This document shows, in pieces, positions 19,725-27,916 of a stretch of DNA of 64,000 nt. The stretch comes from Haloferacaceae archaeon (lineage in GTDB: Archaea > Halobacteriota > Halobacteria > Halobacteriales > Haloferacaceae), in the NCBI GenBank assembly GCA_042217165.1, contig JBDGTD010000009.1, positions 4,077 to 68,076 on the forward strand, read 5' to 3'. The stretch's first letter is position 1. Every line of letters begins with the position of its first letter. The translations under genes and the position numbers were made by a program. The notes beneath the pieces were generated by a model. That model searched no databases, had not been told where the DNA came from, and saw only the letters and a program-made list of their open reading frames with translations.

Positions 19725-19873
19725 GCCGGGATCGGCTCCTCCGAGAGGAGCGCGAGCGTCACGTCGGTCAGTTCGCTCTTGCGGTGTTCACACATCAGGT
19801 GGATCCGGAGACCGTCGGCGTCGTCGGCCGTCTCACCACAGAGGGGACAGTCTGTTCGGTCCTGATCTATCAT
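19721..19873 (-). CDS. 50-aa zinc-finger micro-protein (C-X2-C-X12-H-X4-H)
   Basis: Own translation, below the ORF-track size cutoff: [53 protein letters not shown] start with an AT-rich TATA-like tract (tctattataga) upstream. The stop overlaps the mcmA stop by 4 nt, tail to tail. Confidence 0.5.
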   Translation of the reverse strand: MIDQDRTDCPLCGETADDADGLRIHLMCEHRKSELTDVTLALLSEEPIPA

Positions 19874-19948
19874 GGATGTCTATTATAGACACGCCAGAGT
19901 ACATATGACTGTCGGTCGGATGCGTTTTTGACCCGGGGCCGACGAGAG

Positions 19949-20347
19949 ATGCGTATGGAGTTCCACCACGTCGGCGTCGCGACGCCCGACGCGGCGGGGG
20001 TCGCGGCGACGCTCTCCGACCTGTTCGGCCTCGCGGTGGCACACGAGGAGCGGTTCGACGGACTCCAGATCGTCTTCCTCGACGCCGGGAGCGGCTACGT
20101 CGAGGCGCTGGAACCGACCGAAGAGACGGGACCGGTCGCGCACTTCCTCGACCGACGGGGGCCGGGAATCCACCACCTCGCACTCCGGACGGACGACGTC
20201 GCGGCGAGCCTCGACGCCGCGCGCACGGCCGGCGCAGAGCCGGTCGACGACGAACCGCGACCGGGCGCGTGGGGCCACGAGGTAGCCTTCCTCCACCCCG
20301 ACTCGACGGGCGGCGTCCTGGTCGAACTGGTCGAGGAGGGCGGATGA
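19949..20347 (+). CDS. mce: methylmalonyl-CoA epimerase (VOC/glyoxalase family)
   Basis: MRMEFHHVGVAT...GPGIHHLALRTDD...VAFLHPDSTGGVLVELVE. ATG at 19949 (alternative 19955). Confidence 0.8.
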   Translation: MRMEFHHVGVATPDAAGVAATLSDLFGLAVAHEERFDGLQIVFLDAGSGYVEALEPTEETGPVAHFLDRRGPGIHHLALRTDDVAASLDAARTAGAEPVDDEPRPGAWGHEVAFLHPDSTGGVLVELVEEGG

Positions 20348-21849
20348 ACGACCCGCTCGCCGTCCGGGCGCGTGCGACCCCCGACGAGACGGCGCTGGTC
20401 GACGCCGCGACGGGCGAGACGTGGACGGTCGGGGAACTCGACGCGGTCGTCGAGTCGACGGCGGGCCGGCTCGCAGATCTCGGTGTCGCCGCCGGCGACC
20501 ACCTCGGTCTCGTCCTGCCGCCTCGGCCGGCGTCCGTCCGACTCGTCCACGCCGCGCTCCGGCTCGGAGCAGTACTCGTCCCGCTCTCGCACGAACTCAC
20601 GCCCTCGGAACTCGGCCCGCGGCTGGAGCGGGGGGACGTCGCCGCAGCCGTCTGTGACGAGCAGACCGAGGCGGCCGTGGCGGCAGGGACGGACCTCCCG
20701 GTCGCGTCCGTCGACGACCCGAGCGAGGAGGGGGTGACGGCGCTCGCCGGCGTCGAGGCGGGCGAGACGCCGCGTCACGACTGGGCCGGAACGGACACCG
20801 CTCTCCTCGCGCACACGTCGGGGACGACCGGCGAACCGAAGCCGGTGGAGCTGACCGCGACGAACCTGCTCGCGAGCGCGCTCGCCTCCGCGGCGCGCCT
20901 GGGGGTCGCGCCGGACGACCGCTGGCTCGTCACCCTCCCCCTTCACCACGTGGGGGGGCTCTCTCCCGTGTTGCGGATGCCGCTGTACGGCTCGACGGTC
21001 GTCCTCAGGCGCGGGTTCGACCCCGGGTCCTGTGTCGACGACCTCGACGAGTTCGACGCGACGCGCGTCTCGCTCGTGCCGACGATGCTCCGCCGGATGC
21101 TCGACCGGCGCGGGACGCTCCCCGGGTCGCTCCGGACGGTGCTGCTCGGCGGCGCGCCGGCGCCGGTCTCGCTGGTCGAGCGCTGTCGGAACTACTCGGT
21201 GCCCGTCGCACCGACCTACGGCCTGACGGAGGCGGCATCGCAGGTGGCGACGGCGACGACAGCGGAGGCGTACGCCGACCCCGGGACGGTCGGCCGACCC
21301 GTCCTCTTCACCGACGTGACGGTCGTCTCCGAGGAGGGCGAACCCCTGCCACGCGGCGAGGTAGGAGAGATCGTCGTCGAGGGGGCGACCGTCTCGCCGG
21401 GCTACTACGACGACACCGCCGCGACGGCGGCGGCGCGGGGGCCACACGGCCTCCACACCGGCGATGCGGGCTACCGCGACGAGGACGGCCGGCTCTACGT
21501 CTACGGCCGGCTCGACGACCGCGTGCTGACCGGCGGCGAACTCGTCGACCCGGGAGAGGTCGTCGACGCGATCCGGAGCCACCCGGACGTCGTCGACGCC
21601 GCCGTGACCGGACTCCCGGACGAGGAGTGGGGCGAACGGGTCGCGGCGCTGGTCGTCGGTGACACCGACGCGGAGACGCTCGACGCCCACCTCCGCGAGC
21701 GGCTGGCGGGGTTCAAGCGCCCGCGCGTGGTCGGCATCGCGGACGACCTGCCGCGGACGGACTCGGGCACCGTCGACCGGGACCGGCTCAGAGAACGGCT
21801 CGTGACGGTCCGGGAGACCCCGGGGCCGGACGAGCGGAGCGACCGCTAA
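20344..21849 (+). CDS. AMP-dependent acyl-CoA synthetase/ligase (o-succinylbenzoate-CoA ligase-like)
   Basis: ATGA overlap with the epimerase stop. AMP-binding motif LAHTSGTTGEPKPV, then TYGLTE and YRDEDGRLYVYGRLDD. Confidence 0.8.
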   Translation: MNDPLAVRARATPDETALVDAATGETWTVGELDAVVESTAGRLADLGVAAGDHLGLVLPPRPASVRLVHAALRLGAVLVPLSHELTPSELGPRLERGDVAAAVCDEQTEAAVAAGTDLPVASVDDPSEEGVTALAGVEAGETPRHDWAGTDTALLAHTSGTTGEPKPVELTATNLLASALASAARLGVAPDDRWLVTLPLHHVGGLSPVLRMPLYGSTVVLRRGFDPGSCVDDLDEFDATRVSLVPTMLRRMLDRRGTLPGSLRTVLLGGAPAPVSLVERCRNYSVPVAPTYGLTEAASQVATATTAEAYADPGTVGRPVLFTDVTVVSEEGEPLPRGEVGEIVVEGATVSPGYYDDTAATAAARGPHGLHTGDAGYRDEDGRLYVYGRLDDRVLTGGELVDPGEVVDAIRSHPDVVDAAVTGLPDEEWGERVAALVVGDTDAETLDAHLRERLAGFKRPRVVGIADDLPRTDSGTVDRDRLRERLVTVRETPGPDERSDR

Positions 21850-21869
21850 TCGGCGCTCGACCGAGCGCT

Positions 21870-22697
21870 CTATCGACTCGACGCGCGGGTCGTCGCCTCG
21901 GACGCGTCTCGGTCGGCGTGGTCGTCGACGGCGGCGAGCACCCCCGCCAGTGCGCCGTCGTCGTAGAACCGGCCGCGCATCGCGTCGAGGCGGTTCCCGC
22001 GGTCGACCTGCCCGGCCAGGGCGCGGCCCGCCTGGACGTCCTCCACGACGACGTCCGCCTCGGCGAGGTCGACCTCTCCGGACCGCACCAGCCGTGAGAG
22101 CGTGTCGCGGGGCGCGTAGCCGCCGCGCTCGCGGAGCGACGGGTGGTCGTGCGGCTCGGAGCCGCGGAGGACGACCGTCTCGACGGTCGGGTCGCCGTCG
22201 ACCCGCGAGTCGCTGGCGACGCCGCGGCCGTACGCGTGGAGCGACCCGAGGTCGATGCCGCGCGACTCGGCGACGAACCGGACGACCGCGTCGCGGGGGT
22301 CTACGAGGGAGAACAGCGCGGCCTCGACCAGGTCGGCGGCACGGGCGCGCGGCAGGTCGTACTGGTCCTCGAAGCCGGGCACTCGGTCGTGGTCGCCGCC
22401 GAGCGACCGGGCGGGGAGGCCGCCGAGCAGCCGTGCGGTCGGGGTCGTGTCGACGACGCCCGCCCCGTACTCGGTACGCCCGGGACCGACGCCGACGGTC
22501 ACGTCGCTCCCGTCGACGAGAGCCCAGAGCAGGTCGTAGAAGCTGTTGCCCGCCTCGCCCGCGACGGAGTCGCCGGCGGCGAACGCCGAGACGTGGCTCG
22601 TCGCCGGGAACGCCCGCTCGGCGACGCGGCCGAGCGCCCGCCGCTTGGCCGCCCCGGACCACCCGGGAAGGTCGACACGGCGCCGGTCGGCGCTCAC
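21870..22697 (-). CDS. conserved hypothetical protein
   Basis: GTG at complement of 22695-22697 (VSADRRRVDLPGWSGAAKRR...); acidic 275-aa body. The upstream part of the track ORF is R/P junk. Confidence 0.5.
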   Translation of the reverse strand: MSADRRRVDLPGWSGAAKRRALGRVAERAFPATSHVSAFAAGDSVAGEAGNSFYDLLWALVDGSDVTVGVGPGRTEYGAGVVDTTPTARLLGGLPARSLGGDHDRVPGFEDQYDLPRARAADLVEAALFSLVDPRDAVVRFVAESRGIDLGSLHAYGRGVASDSRVDGDPTVETVVLRGSEPHDHPSLRERGGYAPRDTLSRLVRSGEVDLAEADVVVEDVQAGRALAGQVDRGNRLDAMRGRFYDDGALAGVLAAVDDHADRDASEATTRASSR

Positions 22698-22840
22698 ACA
22701 GAGCCCTCCCGGCCAGCGTGCCGCCGCGGTGGTATCACGTCGGTGTCTGCTCTCGCGCCCGGCCGAAGAGCGCGTCCGTTCGTCGGCGTCTGTCGCGCCG
22801 GGTTCGCCGGCGTTATGCCACGGCACGTCGACCGCGAGAT

Positions 22841-23020
22841 ATGGAAGACCCGACGTCTGACGTGGGGGAGGTAGATCCCGAGGACGCGCCGGAGTGTGCG
22901 GCCTGCGGAGCGCGAATCGCGAACTCGACGGCCCACCGGGTCGTGACGTGGGTAGAGGAGGGCGAGGTCGAACACCGACACTTCTGTGACGACGGCTGTC
23001 ACGCGGACTGGTCCGACTAG
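22841..23020 (+). CDS. 59-aa TRASH-like C-X2-C...C-X3-C metal-binding micro-protein
   Basis: Last 59 codons of track ORF 21950..23020: MEDPTSDVGEVDPEDAPECAACGARIANSTAHRVVTWVEEGEVEHRHFCDDGCHADWSD. Confidence 0.5.
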   Translation: MEDPTSDVGEVDPEDAPECAACGARIANSTAHRVVTWVEEGEVEHRHFCDDGCHADWSD

Positions 23021-24261
23021 GCGAGGTCGGCTCGCGACGCCGGAAACCGCCCGAGGAGGTACGCGAGGCCGAGCGCCGCGACGACGGGGAGCAGCGAGAG
23101 CGAGAGGCCGAGAAACGCCCTCCCGAGCGGCATCCGGGTCGCGGCGAATCCGACCGCCGCGGAGCCAGGGGCCTCCAGCGCAAGTGCAACGCCGCTGAAC
23201 AGCGCGTAGGCGCTCGCGCGGGACTCGTCCGGGAGCGCGCCGAGGACGTACGTGTCGAGCGCCGGGAAGACGGCGTGGATCGAGAGGCCGACGACGACGC
23301 TGACCGCGAGGACGGCGAGGAGTCCGGGGACGACGGTCAGGGTCGCGACAGAGAGCGCGAACGCGAGTACCAGCCCGATGATGTACGGCACCGTCGGGAG
23401 CAGGTCGGCGAGCCGACCGCCGAGGAGCATCCCGGGGATGCCCGCGGCGAACAGGAGCGAGAGCGCGCCGTTCGCGACGCCCGTCCCGACGCCGCGTTCG
23501 GTCACGAGGTAGGTGACGTAGAAGTTGAACAGCCCCTGCCAGACGAAGCCGACCGTCGCGACGACGGCGACGCCCGCGACCAGCACACGCCAGTGTGCGA
23601 GCGCGGCCCGGAGGTCCCGGTCCGGCGCGGTCGCGGACGGGAGCGACGTGATCGAGGCGGCGACGAGGAGCGCGACCGTCGAGAGGGCGGCGACGGCGGC
23701 GAGAAGCGCGAACGTCGCTCGCCAGTCCGCGAGCGCGGCCGCCGCGAGGACGATACCCGGCGCGGCCACCGCTGCGACCTGTGCCGCGGCGCCGTGGACG
23801 CCGAGCGCCCGCCCCACCTCGTCGGGGAACAGGTCGCCGACCAGCGGGATGGCGGCGCCGATGTAGACGCCCGAGGAGAGGCCGGCGACTATCGCCCCGA
23901 CCCGGAGCGCCGCGAGCGACCCCGCGGCCGCCGCGATGGCCGCTCCGACGGCGAGAACCCCGCCGCCTGCGGCCACGACCCGCTCGCGCCGGACCCGCGT
24001 GACGAGGTACGCAGAGACGGGCCGACCGGCGGCGCTCCCGGCCCACGCGAGCGAGACGACCACCCCGACGGCGGCGGGGGTCGCATCGAAGGCGACCCGG
24101 AGCGTCTCGACCAGCGGCGCGAACGCCGTCCGTCCGAGGTTCGTGAGCGCAAAGAGGGCACAGAGCGCCCCGAACAGCGCGGTCGATCCCTCGCGGTCCA
24201 CGTCGCCGCTCGCACGCCGCCCGGGGCAAGCGTTTCGCTTTGCTCCCCCCGCCGGCGCCAA
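23017..24261 (-). CDS. MFS transporter
   Basis: About 12 hydrophobic helices. The true start is probably internal, because the first ~25 residues are basic junk. Confidence 0.7.
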   Translation of the reverse strand: MAPAGGAKRNACPGRRASGDVDREGSTALFGALCALFALTNLGRTAFAPLVETLRVAFDATPAAVGVVVSLAWAGSAAGRPVSAYLVTRVRRERVVAAGGGVLAVGAAIAAAAGSLAALRVGAIVAGLSSGVYIGAAIPLVGDLFPDEVGRALGVHGAAAQVAAVAAPGIVLAAAALADWRATFALLAAVAALSTVALLVAASITSLPSATAPDRDLRAALAHWRVLVAGVAVVATVGFVWQGLFNFYVTYLVTERGVGTGVANGALSLLFAAGIPGMLLGGRLADLLPTVPYIIGLVLAFALSVATLTVVPGLLAVLAVSVVVGLSIHAVFPALDTYVLGALPDESRASAYALFSGVALALEAPGSAAVGFAATRMPLGRAFLGLSLSLLPVVAALGLAYLLGRFPASRADLA

Positions 24262-24293
24262 ACGCTCATTACCGGCGGCGGGGATGCGAGGAC

Positions 24294-25745
24294 GTGATCA
24301 CGACAGCACGGATGGCGGCGGTCGACCGCAACACGGCCGCGCTGGGCGTCCCGCAGCGCGCTCTGATGGAGTCGAGCGGACGGGCCGTCGCGGACGCGGT
24401 CCGGTCTGTCACGGCCCCGGGCGCCCGCGTCGTGGTCGTCTGCGGCCGGGGGAACAACGGCGGCGACGGGGCGGTCGCCGTGCGTCACCTCTCCGGGTTC
24501 GACGCGCGCGCGCACCTCCTCGGCCGGCCCGAAGCTATCTCGACGGAGATCGCACGCGAGAACTGGCGGGCGCTGGAACGCTCCGAGGCACCGACGCGGG
24601 TCGTACGAGATTCGCGCGGCGTCGACCTCGGCGACCCGGACGTCGTCGTAGACGCGATCCTCGGGACGGGCGTGACGGGCGCGCCACGCGAGCCGTCGGC
24701 GACGGCGATCCGGCAGGTGAACGCCGCCGGCGCGACGGTCGTCTCGGTCGACGTGCCGAGCGGGGTCGACGCCGACACCGGGAACGCGGCCGGCGACGCG
24801 GTCGACCCCGACCGGGTAGTGACCTTCCACGACGACAAACCCGGCCTCTCCGCCTACGACGTGACGGTTGCTGGCATCGGCATCCCGGACGCGGCCGAGC
24901 GGTTCGTCGGCCCGGGCGACCTGCCCGCGACGCGGTCGCCGACCGCACACAAGGGCGACGCCGGCGAGGTGCTGGTCGTGGGCGGCGGTCCGTACACCGG
25001 CGCGCCGGCGCTCGCGGCACAGGCGGCGGCCCGCGCGGGCGCGGACCTCGTGCGGGTCGCCTGTCCCCGGGGCGTCGCACGCGAGGTCCAGTCCTTCGAG
25101 GCCGGCCTGATCGTCGAGCCGTTCGACGCCGACCGTCTCACCGCGGCACGGGTCCCGGACCTGCTCGACCGTGCGGCCGCCCACGACGCCGTGGTGCTGG
25201 GGCCGGGAGCCGGCCGCACCGACGCCACGATGGAGGCCGTACGCGAGTTCCTCGCCGGCTACGACGGTCGTGCCGTCGTCGACGCCGACGCCCTCCGCGC
25301 GGTGCCGGAGACGGACGCGACGCTCGTCTGTACCCCACACGCCGGCGAGGCGCGCGCGATGGGCGCGGACCTGCCGGGCGACGCCGGCCGCGAGCAGCGA
25401 GAGCGAGCGACCGCCGCGCTCGCCGAACGCTACGACGCGACGGTCCTGTTGAAAGGCCGCCACGACGTGGTCGCGACGGCGCGCGAGCGCGAGGGGCCAC
25501 AGACCCGGGTCGCGAGAACGGGAACGCCGGCGATGACCGTCGGCGGGACGGGCGACGTGCTGGCGGGCGTGGCCGGCGCCCTGCTCGCGGTCGAAGCCCC
25601 CTTCCAGGCCGCCTGTGTCGCCGCCTACGCGAACGGGGTCGCCGGCGAGCGCGCGGCCGGCGGGCTGGACCGCGGACTGGCCGCCACGGACCTCCTCGCC
25701 GAACTTCCGGCGGCGCTCGGAGGTGAGGCCGGTGACCGGATCTGA
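24294..25745 (+). CDS. nnr: bifunctional NAD(P)H-hydrate repair enzyme (epimerase + ADP-dependent dehydratase)
   Basis: YjeF_N motif VVVVCGRGNNGGDGAVAVRHL. C-terminal kinase-fold motifs VVGGGPYTGAPALAAQAAARAGADLV and GTGDVLAG. GTG at 24294. Confidence 0.85.
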   Translation: MITTARMAAVDRNTAALGVPQRALMESSGRAVADAVRSVTAPGARVVVVCGRGNNGGDGAVAVRHLSGFDARAHLLGRPEAISTEIARENWRALERSEAPTRVVRDSRGVDLGDPDVVVDAILGTGVTGAPREPSATAIRQVNAAGATVVSVDVPSGVDADTGNAAGDAVDPDRVVTFHDDKPGLSAYDVTVAGIGIPDAAERFVGPGDLPATRSPTAHKGDAGEVLVVGGGPYTGAPALAAQAAARAGADLVRVACPRGVAREVQSFEAGLIVEPFDADRLTAARVPDLLDRAAAHDAVVLGPGAGRTDATMEAVREFLAGYDGRAVVDADALRAVPETDATLVCTPHAGEARAMGADLPGDAGREQRERATAALAERYDATVLLKGRHDVVATAREREGPQTRVARTGTPAMTVGGTGDVLAGVAGALLAVEAPFQAACVAAYANGVAGERAAGGLDRGLAATDLLAELPAALGGEAGDRI

Positions 25746-26238
25746 TGGCGAGGCTCCGGACGACCGCGACCTCACTCACGTCGACGAATCCGGACGGGCC
25801 GAGATGGTCGACGTGGGCGACAAGCCCGACAGCCGGCGCCGGGCCGTCGCCCGCGGGACGGTCCACCTCCGTGCGTCGACCGTCGCGTCGGTGCGCGCGA
25901 ACGAGGTGGCCAAGGGCGACGTGCTGGCGACGGCGCGGGTCGGCGCGGTCGACGCCGTCAAACACACCTGGGAGACGATCCCGCTCTGTCACCAGATCCC
26001 CGTCACGAACGTCGAGACGACGTTCGACGTCGGGGACGAGTCGATCACACTGACCGTCGCCGTCGAGACGACGGGCAAGACCGGCTGCGAGATGGAGGCG
26101 CTCCAGGGCGTGACGACGGGCCTGAACGTCGTCTGGGACATGGTGAAGGCGGCGGAGAAAGACGACGACGGCGGGTATCCCGCGACGCGAATCGACGACG
26201 TGCGGGTGGTCGAGAAGACGAAAGCGCGGGTGGACTGA
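25732..26238 (+). CDS. moaC: cyclic pyranopterin monophosphate synthase
   Basis: LTHVDESGRAEMVDVGDKP...KGDVLATARVGAV...IPLCHQIP...TGKTGCEMEALQGV. GTG start overlaps the nnr end by 14 nt. Confidence 0.85.
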   Translation: MTGSDGEAPDDRDLTHVDESGRAEMVDVGDKPDSRRRAVARGTVHLRASTVASVRANEVAKGDVLATARVGAVDAVKHTWETIPLCHQIPVTNVETTFDVGDESITLTVAVETTGKTGCEMEALQGVTTGLNVVWDMVKAAEKDDDGGYPATRIDDVRVVEKTKARVD

Positions 26239-26331
26239 GCCGCCGAGAGTCTGGCGGCGGTCTTCGCACTCGTCGGCAGTCGGGCGGCCGACGGCTGAAG
26301 ACGCGCCCCTCGCGGCGCGCGCGGGTCGGCG

Positions 26332-27516
26332 CTACGCGGGCAGGCGTCCGGCCCGAGACCGCGCCTGTTCGACCACAGACGGGCGCGCGCGGAACTCCAG
26401 CAGGACGTGGTCGTCCTCGTACGATTCGGTTTCGACCTCGCCGTTGTCGTAGACCCACGAGACGAGGCTCATCGTGTCGTCAGTCATCGGGAGATAGAGG
26501 CGCTCTTCCTCCCAGTCGGGGAGTTCGCGGTCGATTCGCGCGCGGAGGTCCTCGACCCGTTCGCCGGTGAGCCCCGAGACGGCGACGGGGTCCGGAGCGA
26601 GCGCCTCGAGGGCGGCGCGTTTCCGGGCCAGCTCCTCCTCCTCGACCTCGTCGACCTTGTTCAACACCGTGACGATGGGCGCCTCGTTCCGGCGCGCGAG
26701 CGTGTCGTGACAGGTGACGAGTTTCTCGCGCATCGCCGCGACGGACTCGCTCGCGTCCACGACGAGGAGGACGAGGTCGGCGTGATAGACGGAGTCGAGC
26801 GTCGAGCGGAAGGAGTCGACCAGCCAGTGAGGCAGGTCCGAGACGAACCCGACGGTGTCGGTCACCAGCACCTCGCGGGGGCCGACCTCGGCGCGTCGGG
26901 TGGTGGTGCCGAGCGTCGTGAACAGGCGGTCTTCGGACTCGGCGGTGCGGTCGAGGTCCGGGTGGAGTTCCTCGTTCTCGTCGACGTCGTGGTCGGCCGC
27001 CAGCCTGCGGAGGAGCGTCGACTTCCCGGCGTTCGTGTAGCCCGCGAGCGCAACGAGGTCGAACCCGGAGGCGCGACGCTTCTCCCGGCGGCGTTCCTCG
27101 GTTTCGACGGTCCGGTCGAGTTCGTCGCGGATCTCCGCGATCTGTGCCTTGATGTCCTGCTCGCGGCTCTCGTCGTACTCGCCGAGCCCCATGAACCCGG
27201 GGCGCTCGTCCCGTTTCGCGAGCGAGGCCTTCGCCTCGGCGCGGGGGAGTTCGTACCGGAGCTCCGCGAGTTCGACCTGGAGCTGGGCGGTCCGGGTGTT
27301 CGCGCGCTGCCCGAATATCTCGAGGATGAGCGTGAACCGGTCGACTACCTCGACGCCGGTCGGCAGTTTCCCGCCGACGTTGTACGTCTGGTAGGGGCCG
27401 ACCTGGTTGTCGATCACGACGGCCTCGGCACCCGTGCGGGCGACGACGGCTGCGATCTCCTCGACTTTCCCCTCGCCGAACATGTAGGCCGCGTCCTCGG
27501 TCCGGGTCTGGGTCAC
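26332..27516 (-). CDS. hflX: GTPase HflX (coordinates give the canonical-start ORF; conserved N-terminal coding continues upstream to 27657 with no ATG/GTG/TTG)
   Basis: HflX N-domain FGEGKVEEIAAVV...VVDRFTLILEIFGQRANTRTAQLQVELAELRYELPR. G1 motif GYTNAGKSTLL, then DTVGF and NKVD. Confidence 0.85.
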   Translation of the reverse strand: MTQTRTEDAAYMFGEGKVEEIAAVVARTGAEAVVIDNQVGPYQTYNVGGKLPTGVEVVDRFTLILEIFGQRANTRTAQLQVELAELRYELPRAEAKASLAKRDERPGFMGLGEYDESREQDIKAQIAEIRDELDRTVETEERRREKRRASGFDLVALAGYTNAGKSTLLRRLAADHDVDENEELHPDLDRTAESEDRLFTTLGTTTRRAEVGPREVLVTDTVGFVSDLPHWLVDSFRSTLDSVYHADLVLLVVDASESVAAMREKLVTCHDTLARRNEAPIVTVLNKVDEVEEEELARKRAALEALAPDPVAVSGLTGERVEDLRARIDRELPDWEEERLYLPMTDDTMSLVSWVYDNGEVETESYEDDHVLLEFRARPSVVEQARSRAGRLPA

Positions 27517-27705
27517 CTCGCCGACGACCTCGTAGCCGGCAGAGCGGGCGAGGTCGCGGATTTCGGCCAGGTCTGCCTCGCCGCCGTCGACGCGCTTGGC
27601 GACGACGGCCGGCGTCGCGTCCTCAGGGCGTTCGCGAGACGTGGTGATGGCTGGTGGTCACCTCGCTTCGCGCTAGTGGCCGGGAACTATTCAAACTTCC
27701 CGGCG

Positions 27706-27834
27706 TCAGGGTGTCACGCCGAGCAGCCGGACGACCACCATCACGAGGAGGAGGAGCAAGACGACGACGAGCAGCCCACCGAGCAGAATCAGTCGTCCGG
27801 GACGGAGCGGGTCGTCCTTCTGGGCCGCTGGCAT
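27706..27834 (-). CDS. possible 42-aa single-pass membrane micro-protein
   Basis: Own translation: MPAAQKDDPLRPGRLILLGGLLVVVLLLLLVMVVVRLLGVTP. ATG start; lies between hflX and the pilin-like gene. The only support is ORF integrity and hydrophobicity. Confidence 0.3.
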   Translation of the reverse strand: MPAAQKDDPLRPGRLILLGGLLVVVLLLLLVMVVVRLLGVTP

Positions 27835-27884
27835 CGCCACGGTTACGACGGGACCCGTGAAAAACGCCGTGGAAACGTCAGACA

Positions 27885-27894
27885 CCTTTATCAG
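27885..27894 (+). promoter_or_regulatory. TATA-like element for the 27917 pilin-like gene
   Basis: cctttatcag about 25-30 nt upstream of the ATG at 27917, which fits a leaderless architecture. Confidence 0.3.
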
Positions 27895-27916
27895 CCCTGG
27901 AAGCTAACGTTGAGCC

